Origin: Flavobacteriaceae bacterium
GTDB lineage: Bacteria; Bacteroidota; Bacteroidia; Flavobacteriales; Flavobacteriaceae
Reading direction: 5' to 3'
DNA: 64,000 nucleotides
Assembly: GCA_049791475.1 (NCBI GenBank)
Contig: JBAQZZ010000016.1
Location: 8,395-72,394 of the forward strand
The notes under the pieces are model-generated. The model was not told the DNA's origin, did not search any database, and saw only the letters and a list, made by a program, of their open reading frames with translations. This document shows positions 28,699 to 38,046 of the stretch, one piece after another. Each line of letters begins with the position of its first letter. Positions within the stretch are counted from its first letter, which is position 1. The position numbers were made by a program, and so were the translations under genes.

Positions 28699-29307
28699 AT
28701 GAGTCTTTTTAGAAAAATTTTTGGTTCAAAATCTGATCAATCAGGTGAAGAGCTAAAGTCTAGTGATAGGGGCAAATATATGCCCGAAATAAAGTTGCCA
28801 ATAGACGAGAGGTTTACTATAAACTTTAAAGCTAATGGTGGCAAGTTTTTGTATTGCGAAAACCTAAATGAAGTATTTGAGAACTTAGACCATATTATTG
28901 AGGAAAATAAATGGCAAGAAAAGAAAGTTTTATTACTAGATAAAAATTTAGAGGATAAGTTTAAAAATACGAAACTAAAAAAAGCTTCAAAAATTAGTGA
29001 TTCAAGTTTTTTCTTAACTACTTGCGAAAACCTAATTGCAAATGATGGTTCTTTGCTTATTTCTTCAAAACAAATCTACGAGAAAAAATTACCCGAATTA
29101 CCTTTGAATTTCATCGTTTTTGCTACCACAAGCCAAATTGTTGAAAATATAGGAGAAGGTTTAAGAGGTATAAAATCTAAAAATCGAGAAAAAATTCCAA
29201 CAAATATTACCACTATAAAACACTTCAAATCTGGTGATGATAAAGATTTTTTAAGTTATGGCAGTAGCGCCAAAGACTTATATCTATTACTTTTAGAAGA
29301 TTTATAG
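28699..29307 (+). CDS. LUD (LutC/YkgG-like) domain protein (tentative)
   Basis: 202 aa. The position after ftsH and the overall pattern recall LUD-domain proteins of Flavobacteriia. No decisive motif. Confidence 0.45.
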   Translation: MSLFRKIFGSKSDQSGEELKSSDRGKYMPEIKLPIDERFTINFKANGGKFLYCENLNEVFENLDHIIEENKWQEKKVLLLDKNLEDKFKNTKLKKASKISDSSFFLTTCENLIANDGSLLISSKQIYEKKLPELPLNFIVFATTSQIVENIGEGLRGIKSKNREKIPTNITTIKHFKSGDDKDFLSYGSSAKDLYLLLLEDL

Positions 29308-29308
29308 A

Positions 29309-30130
29309 ATGAAAGAAATTCATATCCGATTACTTTCAGGCTTGCTCTATATTTTATTATTAATATTTTCTTTATTTAATGAGCATGCAGTAATAATACT
29401 CTTTTTTGTATTTGGGTTAATTTGTATGGGAGAATTCAAAAAATTAATTCAGCTATCAAGTAATATTCCATACTTCATTTTTATAATACTTTATACTGTT
29501 TTTGCATATTGGCAATTGGCTTTAAACACAGACAATGGTTTAAATGAAATTACTCAAATACTTATGGTACTTACCATATTTGTTGAGTTGTTTTTAATTA
29601 AAGATTTGTTTTCAGGAAAAACCATTCCGTTATTTAGCACCAAACGTTTTATACTTACAACATTCTATTTATCAAGTAGTTTTGTGTTTTTAGTTTTAAT
29701 TTCAAACTATTACAAAGTGTATAACCCGAGTATATTATTAGGGGCATTTATATTGGTTTGGGTAAACGATTCTTTTGCGTATTTAGTTGGTAAAAACTTT
29801 GGAAAACAAAAACTTTTTGAAAGAATTTCACCAAAAAAAACGGTTGAAGGTTTTATGGGCGGCTTATTCTTTTCCTGTATTGCAAGTTATTTTATCGCTA
29901 CCTTTACAGAGACATTAACATTTACAAATTGGCTAATTTTAGGAATAATTATTAGTGTATTTGGAACTTTAGGAGACTTAATAGAATCGAAATTTAAACG
30001 TCAAGCCAATGTTAAAGACAGTGGTGTTATTATGCCTGGTCATGGAGGTTTGTTAGACCGTTTAGATAGTATTATTTTTGCAGCTCCTTTTATATATTTA
30101 TTTTTAAGAATTTTACCCTATGTTTCATAA
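29309..30130 (+). CDS. cdsA: phosphatidate cytidylyltransferase
   Basis: 273-aa membrane protein with the CTP-transferase signature 'SKFKRQANVKDSGVIMPGHGGLLDRLDS'. Confidence 0.88.
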   Translation: MKEIHIRLLSGLLYILLLIFSLFNEHAVIILFFVFGLICMGEFKKLIQLSSNIPYFIFIILYTVFAYWQLALNTDNGLNEITQILMVLTIFVELFLIKDLFSGKTIPLFSTKRFILTTFYLSSSFVFLVLISNYYKVYNPSILLGAFILVWVNDSFAYLVGKNFGKQKLFERISPKKTVEGFMGGLFFSCIASYFIATFTETLTFTNWLILGIIISVFGTLGDLIESKFKRQANVKDSGVIMPGHGGLLDRLDSIIFAAPFIYLFLRILPYVS

Positions 30131-30776
30131 AGAAGGACATAAAATTATAGTAATAACACTTGTTATTGTTGTTGCATGTTTTTTACTAATTGATAGTTTT
30201 ATTAACATCACTTGGTTAAGAACCTTCATCATGATTACGTTATTAGTATTCTTAATATTAATTCTTCAATTTTTTAGAAATCCAAAACGTCATACTTCAA
30301 TAAATGAAAAACAAGTGGTATCGCCAGTTGATGGCAAAGTTGTTGTAATTGAAGAAGTTTTTGAAAAGGAATATTTTAAAGAAAAACGATTGCAAGTTAG
30401 CGTATTTATGTCGCCAATAAATGTTCACGTAACGCGTTACCCTATTAGCGGAAATGTTATATACAGTAAATATCATGCTGGTAAATATCTAGTAGCATGG
30501 CACCCTAAAGCTAGTGAAGAAAATGAGCGTACAACCATAGTTGTTGAAAACGAAAGTTACGGAAAAGTACTTTACCGACAGATTGCTGGTGCACTCGCAA
30601 AACGCATCGTAAATTATGCGAAACAAAATGACAAAGTTATACAAGGAAGCGATTCAGGATTTATTAAATTTGGTTCGAGAGTCGATTTATTTTTACCTTT
30701 AGATACTAAAATTAAAGTAACACTTAATCAAAAAGTTCGTGGAGGCGAAAGTGTTATTGCTGAAATTAATGAATAA
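30120..30776 (+). CDS. psd: phosphatidylserine decarboxylase proenzyme
   Basis: 218 aa. 'SPVDGKV', 'F.S..NVH..R.P..G' and the self-cleavage region 'IKFGSRVDLFLP'. Overlaps cdsA by 11 nt. Confidence 0.9.
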   Translation: MFHKEGHKIIVITLVIVVACFLLIDSFINITWLRTFIMITLLVFLILILQFFRNPKRHTSINEKQVVSPVDGKVVVIEEVFEKEYFKEKRLQVSVFMSPINVHVTRYPISGNVIYSKYHAGKYLVAWHPKASEENERTTIVVENESYGKVLYRQIAGALAKRIVNYAKQNDKVIQGSDSGFIKFGSRVDLFLPLDTKIKVTLNQKVRGGESVIAEINE

Positions 30777-31035
30777 CGAAAAATTAGACATAGAATTTCA
30801 AGATGCTGTAAATCGGGTAAATGCACACACCGAACCGTTTCCAGCAGATACACTTTTAAAGCTTTATGCGTACTTCAAAAAAGCGACTAACAATTACGAC
30901 AGACCAAGCAGTAAAAAACCCATAATTAATGCGTTTAAGACTAATGCTTTATTTCAGATAGAAAATATTACTGAAGACGAAGCTAAACGCACCTATATTG
31001 AACTTGTTACTAATTACTTTTTGTATAGAGAGTAA
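30769..31035 (+). CDS. acyl-CoA-binding protein
   Basis: ATG at 30769 overlaps the psd stop; the track start at 30739 lies inside psd. 'F..AV..V.......P....LLKLYAYFKKAT.N' is an ACBP-like helix pattern. Confidence 0.7.
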   Translation: MNNEKLDIEFQDAVNRVNAHTEPFPADTLLKLYAYFKKATNNYDRPSSKKPIINAFKTNALFQIENITEDEAKRTYIELVTNYFLYRE

Positions 31036-31056
31036 TTTTTACTACTTATTTTATAT

Positions 31057-31139
31057 ACTTGATTTTGTAAAAATTTTCAACTGACTTCGTTTAACGTTGG
31101 ATATAAGTGATTAAAACGGACTCATATCATGAAAGCATT
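31057..31139 (+). promoter_or_regulatory. conserved 83-nt 5' cassette block, copy 2
   Basis: 65/83 identical to 12931-13013 without gaps. Same hairpin: cgtttaa-N16-ttaaaacg. Confidence 0.5.
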
Positions 31140-31167
31140 GTAGCACATTAAACCAAACCGAAAACCA

Positions 31168-31731
31168 ATGAACAAAACCATAGTATTATTATTACTATTG
31201 ACAATCGGATTTGTATCCTGTAAAAACTCAAAAAAGGAAATTGAAAGAGTTGAAATTGCTAAACAATATTTTAAGGTTCTTGACAATTCAGACTACTCTA
31301 AAATGTCTGATTGGTTTGCGGATAGTCTAACTACAATTGAAGGAGAATATAAACAAACATATTCCAAAAGCGATTATTTGGAGTTTTTAAAATGGGATTC
31401 TGTTTTTGACCCTAACTATGAAATACTTGAAATTGAGCAAGAGAACGGAATTGTAAAAGCAAAAATTTCAAAGATGGACAAAAGAATCTCTTTTCTTCAC
31501 GAAGAACCATTTATAACAAATCAGACTATAAAGTTCAAAAACGACAAAATAATTAGTGTAGATACGGAATACGTGGATTTTAATGAATCGACTTGGGAAA
31601 AGAATAAAAACGGACTTTTAAGTTGGATTGATGAAAATCATCCCGAATTAAACGGATTTATATACGACCAAAAAGAATCCGGAGGAATAAAATACTTAAA
31701 AGCAATTGAACTGTATAAAAACAAAAAATAA
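31168..31731 (+). CDS. hypothetical lipoprotein (NTF2/SnoaL-like guess)
   Basis: 187 aa. Signal 'LLLLTIGFVSCKNS'. No catalytic motif recognised. Confidence 0.5.
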   Translation: MNKTIVLLLLLTIGFVSCKNSKKEIERVEIAKQYFKVLDNSDYSKMSDWFADSLTTIEGEYKQTYSKSDYLEFLKWDSVFDPNYEILEIEQENGIVKAKISKMDKRISFLHEEPFITNQTIKFKNDKIISVDTEYVDFNESTWEKNKNGLLSWIDENHPELNGFIYDQKESGGIKYLKAIELYKNKK

Positions 31732-31734
31732 CGT

Positions 31735-31880
31735 GCTATAACACCTAAAAATAATTGCTAAATTAGTGCTTAACCAAAGGTCTTTGCAGTTTTTCTGCGT
31801 CTGATTTTCCTTCGGAAAATCCTCGCACAAAAACCCGCAACTATTCTGATACAGAAGCGTTAAACGAACTTTTTTAAAAA
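31735..31880 (+). repeat. 3' cassette block with ccTTCgg hairpin, copy 2
   Basis: ctaaaaataattgct (31745-31759) and the 8-bp hairpin gattttcc-ttc-ggaaaatc (31803-31821). The block ends ..ttttaaaaa directly against the valS stop. Confidence 0.4.
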
Positions 31881-34601
31881 CTACTCCAAACTAGCCAAAC
31901 TAGCCTTCAATGTTTCAATTTTCGCCAAAGCATCGGCTTCCTTTTTCTTTTCGCTAGCTACTACCTGCTCTGGAGCACCAGCCACAAAACGTTCATTTGA
32001 AAGCTTCTTTTGAACCGATTTTAGGAAACCTTCTGTATAATTAAGCTCTTCAGTAAGTTTTATAATTTCAGCTTCAACATCAATAGCACCAGCCATAGGA
32101 ATAAAATACTCATTAGATTTTACCCTAAATGTTAATGCACCCTCAACGGTTTGTGATACAGAATCCATGCTTTCTAAGTTTCCTAATTTAGCAATTACCG
32201 AGTCAAAAGTGGTATTGTATTTTTCATTATTAATTACTGAAAAAGGAATAGCATCTTTAAAAGCAATGTTTTTTTGTTTCCTAATGTTTCTAATTCCTGA
32301 AATAACTTCTGAAGCAAAATCAAATTCAGAAATTAAAGTGCCATTTACAGCTTTTGTTTCTGGCCATTTAGAAACTATTAAAGCCTCTTCTGGTGTACGC
32401 TCAGAAATATATTGCCAAATATCCTCTGATAAAAATGGCATAAACGGATGCAAAACTTTTAAATTATTCTCAAAAGCTTCAATTGCCGCTTTGTAAGTTA
32501 TAGCATCAACTGGTTTCTGATATGCTGGTTTTATAATTTCTAATAACCAAGACGAAAAATCATCCATAATCAATTTATAGATGGTCATTAAAGCATCACT
32601 TAATCTATATTTGCTAAACTGATCTTCAATTTCTGCTAAAGCTTTTTGAAATTTAGCTTCGTACCATTCTAAACCAACTTTTGCAGTTTCTGGTTGTGGG
32701 ATACTTTCATGAATTTCCCAACCTTGAATTAACCTGAATGCATTCCAAATTTTATTCCCAAACGCTTTTCCTTGTTGGCAGAGGGCTTCATCAAACATTA
32801 AATCGTTTCCTGCGGCACTACTTAATAGTAATCCAACACGTACACCATCAGCACTGTATTGCTCAATAAGTTTTAAAGCATCTGGAGAATTCCCCAAGCT
32901 TTTACTCATTTTACGGCGTTGTTTATCGCGAACCAAACCTGTTAAATATACGTTTTGAAAAGGTTTTTCATCTTTATACTCGTAACCAGCAATAATCATT
33001 CGTGCTACCCAAAAGAATAAAATATCTGGAGCGGTTACTAAATCATTGGTTGGATAATAGTATTTTATATCCTCGTTTTCTGGGTTTCTTATGCCATCAA
33101 ATACGCTCATTGGCCATAACCATGATGAGAACCAAGTATCTAAAGCATCCGTATCTTGTTTTAAGTCTGAGGCTTGAAGTTGGGCGTTTGAAGTCGCCAC
33201 TCTTGCTTTTTTAATCGCTTCTTCTTTGTTTTCGGCTACTACAAAGTCTTCTTTTCCATCACCATAGAAATACGCTGGAATTTGTTGTCCCCAAAGTAAT
33301 TGACGTGAAATATTCCAATCGCGAATATTTTCCATCCAATGGCGATAGGTGTTTTCAAACTTTTTTGGAAATAAATTTATTTCAGAATCTGCTCCTAAAA
33401 CCGCTTTAATTGCTGGTTTTACTAAGTCTTCCATTTTCAAAAACCACTGATCGCTTAATCTTGGTTCAATTACGGCTTTGGTTCTTTCAGAAGTTCCTAC
33501 TTTATTTATATGTGTTTCCGTTTTTACTAAAACACCAGAATCTTCAAGCTCTTTTGCAACTGCTTTTCTAGCCACAAAACGATCTTGACCTTCAAAATGT
33601 AATCCGAAACTATTTAAAGTCGCATCGTCATTAAAAATATCAATAACTTCAAGATTGTGTTTATCACCTAAAACCTTATCGTTTTCATCATGTGCAGGCG
33701 TTACTTTTAAGCATCCTGTACCAAACTCAACATCAACGTATTCATCTTCAATAATGGGAATTACGCGATTACAAATTGGCACTATGGCTTTTTTTCCACG
33801 TAAGTGCGCAAAACGTTCATCATTAGGATTAATACAAATTGCTGTATCTCCAAAAATAGTTTCAGGGCGTGTAGTTGCGATGATTAGGTATTCCTCCCCT
33901 AAATCCTCCCCTAGCCTCTCCGAAGGAGGAGAACCAGCAAGTTTGCTTTCATAAACTTGATCAATTCCCCCTTTGGGGATTAGGGGGACTATTTTATACT
34001 TAATATAATACAAATTCCCTTGTCGCTCCTCATGAATTACTTCTTCATCAGACAGTGTTGTTTTTGCTTCAGGATCCCAATTTACCATGCGGTAACCTCT
34101 ATAAATTAGTCCTTTTTCATATAAATCAACAAAAACCTTAATTACAGCTTCTGACATATCGTCATCCATCGTAAACTTGGTTCTATCCCAATCACAAGAA
34201 CATCCTAGTTTTTTTAATTGTTCAAGGATTACACCTCCATATTCATCAGTCCAATCCCAAGCATATTTTAAAAATTCTTCACGAGACAAATCATTTTTAT
34301 CAATACCCACCTCCTTTAATTTGGCAACCACTTTGGCTTCGGTAGCAATAGATGCATGATCTGTACCAGGAACCCAACACGCATTTTTACCTTGTAAACG
34401 GGCACGACGTATTAAAACATCTTGTATAGTAACGTTAAGCATGTGCCCCATATGCAACACACCGGTAACGTTAGGAGGCGGAATTACTATGGTATAAGGC
34501 TCTCTATCATCTGGTGTTGAATGAAAATAATTATGAGTCATCCAGTAATCGTACCACTTGCTTTCTACCTGACTTGCATCATATTTTGATGGAATTTGCA
34601 T
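31881..34601 (-). CDS. valS: valine--tRNA ligase
   Basis: HIGH motif 'VLHMGHMLN', 'ATTRPETIFGDTAI', KMSKS motif 'RKMSKSLGN', and a C-terminal coiled coil. The ATG at 34601 (MQIPSKYD..) is preferred over the upstream TTG at 34634. Confidence 0.97.
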   Translation of the reverse strand: MQIPSKYDASQVESKWYDYWMTHNYFHSTPDDREPYTIVIPPPNVTGVLHMGHMLNVTIQDVLIRRARLQGKNACWVPGTDHASIATEAKVVAKLKEVGIDKNDLSREEFLKYAWDWTDEYGGVILEQLKKLGCSCDWDRTKFTMDDDMSEAVIKVFVDLYEKGLIYRGYRMVNWDPEAKTTLSDEEVIHEERQGNLYYIKYKIVPLIPKGGIDQVYESKLAGSPPSERLGEDLGEEYLIIATTRPETIFGDTAICINPNDERFAHLRGKKAIVPICNRVIPIIEDEYVDVEFGTGCLKVTPAHDENDKVLGDKHNLEVIDIFNDDATLNSFGLHFEGQDRFVARKAVAKELEDSGVLVKTETHINKVGTSERTKAVIEPRLSDQWFLKMEDLVKPAIKAVLGADSEINLFPKKFENTYRHWMENIRDWNISRQLLWGQQIPAYFYGDGKEDFVVAENKEEAIKKARVATSNAQLQASDLKQDTDALDTWFSSWLWPMSVFDGIRNPENEDIKYYYPTNDLVTAPDILFFWVARMIIAGYEYKDEKPFQNVYLTGLVRDKQRRKMSKSLGNSPDALKLIEQYSADGVRVGLLLSSAAGNDLMFDEALCQQGKAFGNKIWNAFRLIQGWEIHESIPQPETAKVGLEWYEAKFQKALAEIEDQFSKYRLSDALMTIYKLIMDDFSSWLLEIIKPAYQKPVDAITYKAAIEAFENNLKVLHPFMPFLSEDIWQYISERTPEEALIVSKWPETKAVNGTLISEFDFASEVISGIRNIRKQKNIAFKDAIPFSVINNEKYNTTFDSVIAKLGNLESMDSVSQTVEGALTFRVKSNEYFIPMAGAIDVEAEIIKLTEELNYTEGFLKSVQKKLSNERFVAGAPEQVVASEKKKEADALAKIETLKASLASLE
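33894..33989 (-). repeat. GC-rich multi-hairpin element apparently inserted in frame in valS
   Basis: Encodes VPLIPKGGIDQVYESKLAGSPPSERLGEDLGE. The mRNA-sense DNA has terminal inverted repeats cccctaa/ttagggg and internal hairpins tcccc-aaa-gggga, caagttt-N8-aaacttg and ctcc-ttc-ggag. Length is a multiple of 3. Confidence 0.55.
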
Positions 34602-34631
34602 GCTTTGGAATAGTTTTTGAATATTGATGTG

Positions 34632-34639
34632 CAAAAGTA
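34632..34639 (-). promoter_or_regulatory. candidate -7 promoter box (TACTTTTG) for valS
   Basis: Minus-strand TACTTTTG, 31 nt upstream of the 34601 ATG. Confidence 0.45.
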
Positions 34640-34910
34640 CTTATATTTCTTTTTCTGTGAAAGTTATATAACTCATGATAAAACTGAATTAACTAATATT
34701 TTAACAATCTTTAAATATAAACACCGAGAAGTTATATGTACTTTTAACCCAGTTGAATATGTTAACAAACATGCATTTCGTCTATTTTTTTTGTAGATTA
34801 TAGTAAAAGTGAGTATGTTTGATTTGAATTATGAAATAAGAATAAACAACATTTTGCCACTAATTAACGATTTAGGCAAGACAAAAATTTTAAAAATAAA
34901 AATAAAAAAT

Positions 34911-35336
34911 ATGAAACAATTAATTACTATTTTATTTATTGGATTACTAAGTTTTTCAGTAAATGCACAGGAAAAAGTTGCCAAAATAGACTTTAAAACT
35001 GATACCATTGATTATGGAACCATTGAAAAAGGAGCTGATGGCGTAAGAGTTTTTGAATTTACTAATACAGGTGATGCACCCTTAATAGTATCAAAAGTAA
35101 CGTCTAGTTGTGGTTGTACCGTACCAAAATGGTCTAAAGAACCTATTTTACCGGGAAAAACTGGAGAAATTCAAGTGAAGTATGATACCAATAGAGTTAA
35201 CCCAATCAGAAAAACGATAACTGTAATTTCTAATGCGGATACACCAACAGTTGCCTTAAAAATAAAAGGTTTGGTTGTAGATTCTAGTAAAGAAAATGTA
35301 CTTGAAAAAAAAGATAAAAGTATCGTACAACAATAA
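34911..35336 (+). CDS. DUF1573 domain-containing secreted protein
   Basis: ATG at 34911 gives the signal peptide 'MKQLITILFIGLLSFSVNAQ'. 'F.FTNTGDAPL.I..V..SCGCTVP.W...P..PG..G.I.V.Y' is the DUF1573 pattern. Confidence 0.7.
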   Translation: MKQLITILFIGLLSFSVNAQEKVAKIDFKTDTIDYGTIEKGADGVRVFEFTNTGDAPLIVSKVTSSCGCTVPKWSKEPILPGKTGEIQVKYDTNRVNPIRKTITVISNADTPTVALKIKGLVVDSSKENVLEKKDKSIVQQ

Positions 35337-35355
35337 AAAACTTAATTCAGATACC

Positions 35356-35387
35356 AAAAAGCCTAAACATAATGTTTAGGCTTTTTT
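35356..35387. terminator. bidirectional rho-independent terminator
   Basis: aaaaa-gcctaaaca-taa-tgtttaggc-tttttt sits between two convergent genes, with A/T runs on both sides. Confidence 0.7.
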
Positions 35388-36732
35388 AGTTTAACATATT
35401 TTCTAATATGAAACTGAAAGTTAAAACTTGGTCTTCTCTATCAACAACAAGCGTTATCTTGTTTCCAGAATTTCCATAAAAAAATTGTATTAACTTCTGT
35501 AATGTAAATTGATAGGTTGGTTTATTATTAATATTCAAAATGGCATCACCAATTTTTAAACCCGCTTTTTGAGCTGGAGAATCGTCTCTTAATTCTACTA
35601 TCACATAAGCTGGTTTTAAAGATATTTTATAATTATTATTCTGGATAATTTTTGTAATACTCACTGCTTCACTATTAACTTTATCGCCATAATTACTTGA
35701 TAATATAATATTATTGTCCTTTTCTCTCACTAATCTAAAACCATTGTGTGCTAGTTCTATCCCACTTTTATTATAACTAAACTTATCTCTAAAATAACCG
35801 TTTCTTTTAAGTGTGATAATGGCTCTTTTGTAATCTACAATAACATTAAAACGTTTTAATATGTTACCTGCTAAACTCCCATTTCGATCTCTAAATCTTT
35901 TAGCATGAAATATATGAGAAGAATCTGGGAAAGCTACATTCGCATTTTTAAGCGTAAAACTTTTTAAAGAAAACGCTTCTACTTTTGAACGTTTTCCATA
36001 AACGCTACCACTTAAACCATGGCCTAAAAAATCTTGAAAATGATTATTACTTGATTTGATTCCTAAAGAATCATCCTCAAACAACCATAAAGCATCACTA
36101 CCTCCAGAATCAATTAATAATTTTACAGGAATATTTTTTTTATTAATAGTAACCTCACCATTAATGTATGGTTTATTTTTATAAAACTCTAAACTCAACC
36201 GTTCGCATTTTTTGCAACTTTTATAAACATAGGAATAAGGTTCTGATAGTCTTATAAACTTATGCGAATAATTAATTTCAACTACAAAGTCTTTAAATAA
36301 ATCATATCCAATAATTCCATGAACAGGAATCCCTAATCTGGGAGCGAAATTTAAATTTGCATCGTAAATAGCAAATAAATCTTGGTTTAAATTTATGGCA
36401 TCACCTATTTTAACAACATTATTATTAGATTTTAATGCTTCAATAGATTCTCCTTCGCCTAAACCTCTCAAAAATATTTTCTCAGTATTCTTTATTTTTA
36501 AAGTGTCTGATACATTTAAAAAATTAAAAATTATAGGTTTAGTAACTCCAGTATCTAATAAAAAAGAAAGTGTTACACCATTAATTTCAACAGGAATGAC
36601 AATTAAATTATTAATTAGTTTAAATTTAATTTTATCTGCTTGCTTTTTATTTTGAATGATAAATTCGCCTTGAGAAAAGCTAAAATTGAAAAAGCTAAAG
36701 GATAGTAATATTAGTAAAATTTCTTTTTTCAT
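35386..36732 (-). CDS. secreted retropepsin-like aspartyl protease with C-terminal PDZ domain
   Basis: 448 aa with a signal peptide, two 'D(T/S)G' sites ('FLLDTGVT', 'LLIDSGGSDA') and a PDZ-like 'PAQKAGLKIGDAILNINN'. Confidence 0.6.
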   Translation of the reverse strand: MKKEILLILLSFSFFNFSFSQGEFIIQNKKQADKIKFKLINNLIVIPVEINGVTLSFLLDTGVTKPIIFNFLNVSDTLKIKNTEKIFLRGLGEGESIEALKSNNNVVKIGDAINLNQDLFAIYDANLNFAPRLGIPVHGIIGYDLFKDFVVEINYSHKFIRLSEPYSYVYKSCKKCERLSLEFYKNKPYINGEVTINKKNIPVKLLIDSGGSDALWLFEDDSLGIKSSNNHFQDFLGHGLSGSVYGKRSKVEAFSLKSFTLKNANVAFPDSSHIFHAKRFRDRNGSLAGNILKRFNVIVDYKRAIITLKRNGYFRDKFSYNKSGIELAHNGFRLVREKDNNIILSSNYGDKVNSEAVSITKIIQNNNYKISLKPAYVIVELRDDSPAQKAGLKIGDAILNINNKPTYQFTLQKLIQFFYGNSGNKITLVVDREDQVLTFSFILENMLN

Positions 36733-36855
36733 TAAATAATACCTAATTGTATATAGCTTAATTTACGAATGTTTAAATTAGTTTAATGAATAAGGGTTCA
36801 TTTTTAAAAAAACTTTAAGATAATTTTCTCAACTTTGTATTCTAAATCAATTTAA

Positions 36856-38046
36856 ATGCCATCAATTTCAAAAAAAGGGCTGTTAATGCCTCAATCTCCA
36901 ATACGTAAATTAGTGCCTTTTGCAGAACAAGCTGTTAAAGACGGAAAATCTATTTATTATTTAAATATTGGACAACCAGACATAAAAACACCCAAAATTG
37001 CCTTACAAGCAGTAAAAGATAGCAATATTGAAGTTTTAGCATATTCAAGATCTGAAGGTTCTGAAACTTACAGACAAAAAATTGCAACTTATTATCTTAA
37101 ACATGATATTACTGTTAAACATGACGATATTATTGTAACAACTGGCGGTAGCGAAGCACTTCTTTTTGCTTTTGGAAGTATTATGGATGTTGATGACGAA
37201 ATTATTATTCCAGAACCTTTTTATGCTAATTATAATGGGTTTTCAACGGCATCTGGAGTAAATATTATACCTGTAATTTCAAAAATTGAACACAATTTTG
37301 CTTTACCTCCTATTGAAGCTTTTGAAAAATTAATTACCCCAAAAACAAAAGCTATTTTAATTTGCAACCCTGGCAACCCTACTGGTTATTTATATTCAAA
37401 AGAAGAAATACAAAAATTAGCAGTCATTGTAAAAAAACATGATTTGTTTTTAATTGCAGATGAAGTATATCGCGAATTTGCTTACGATGGAAACACGCAT
37501 TATTCCATTATGCAAGAATCTGGTTTGGAGGAACATGCGATAATGATTGACTCGGTTTCAAAACGATACAGTATGTGTGGTGCACGAGTTGGTTGTCTAG
37601 TTTCAAAAAATAAAAACGTAATACAAACGGCTCTAAAATTTGCACAAGCTCGTTTAAGTCCGCCAACATTAGCACAAATAGCTAGTGAAGCAGCACTAGA
37701 AACACCACAAAGTTATTTTGATGATGTTATTGAAGAATACGTAGAAAGAAGAAATACGTTAATTGAAGAACTGCAAAAAATAGACGGTGTGAAAGTTGCA
37801 AAACCTAAAGGTGCTTTTTATTGTATTGCAGAATTACCAATAAAAAATTCAGATAAATTTGCCCAATGGCTTTTAGAAGATTTTAATGTGAATGGCGAAA
37901 CTATAATGGTTGCTCCCGCCGGTGGTTTTTATTCAACTCCTGGGGTTGGTTTAAACCAAATACGAATTGCTTACGTACTTAAAAAGGAAAGCTTAATTAA
38001 AGCTGTAAATATTTTAAAAGAAGCTCTAAAAGTTTATAAAAATTAG
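36856..38046 (+). CDS. pyridoxal phosphate-dependent aminotransferase (class I, AspC-like)
   Basis: 396 aa. 'NPGNPTG' and the PLP-lysine region 'DSVSKRYSMCGARVG'. Confidence 0.88.
   Translation: MPSISKKGLLMPQSPIRKLVPFAEQAVKDGKSIYYLNIGQPDIKTPKIALQAVKDSNIEVLAYSRSEGSETYRQKIATYYLKHDITVKHDDIIVTTGGSEALLFAFGSIMDVDDEIIIPEPFYANYNGFSTASGVNIIPVISKIEHNFALPPIEAFEKLITPKTKAILICNPGNPTGYLYSKEEIQKLAVIVKKHDLFLIADEVYREFAYDGNTHYSIMQESGLEEHAIMIDSVSKRYSMCGARVGCLVSKNKNVIQTALKFAQARLSPPTLAQIASEAALETPQSYFDDVIEEYVERRNTLIEELQKIDGVKVAKPKGAFYCIAELPIKNSDKFAQWLLEDFNVNGETIMVAPAGGFYSTPGVGLNQIRIAYVLKKESLIKAVNILKEALKVYKN

Noticed and set aside
34809-34910. N-terminal extension (MSMFDLNYEIRINN...) of the DUF1573 ORF. The same kind of extension occurs at 45609, 50964, 43684, 40535, 19101, 30739 and 34602-34634.
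   Set aside because: In each case an internal ATG gives a canonical signal peptide or conserved N-terminus, and several are preceded at 16-30 nt by a TAnnTTTG box. The upstream codons are probably untranslated.
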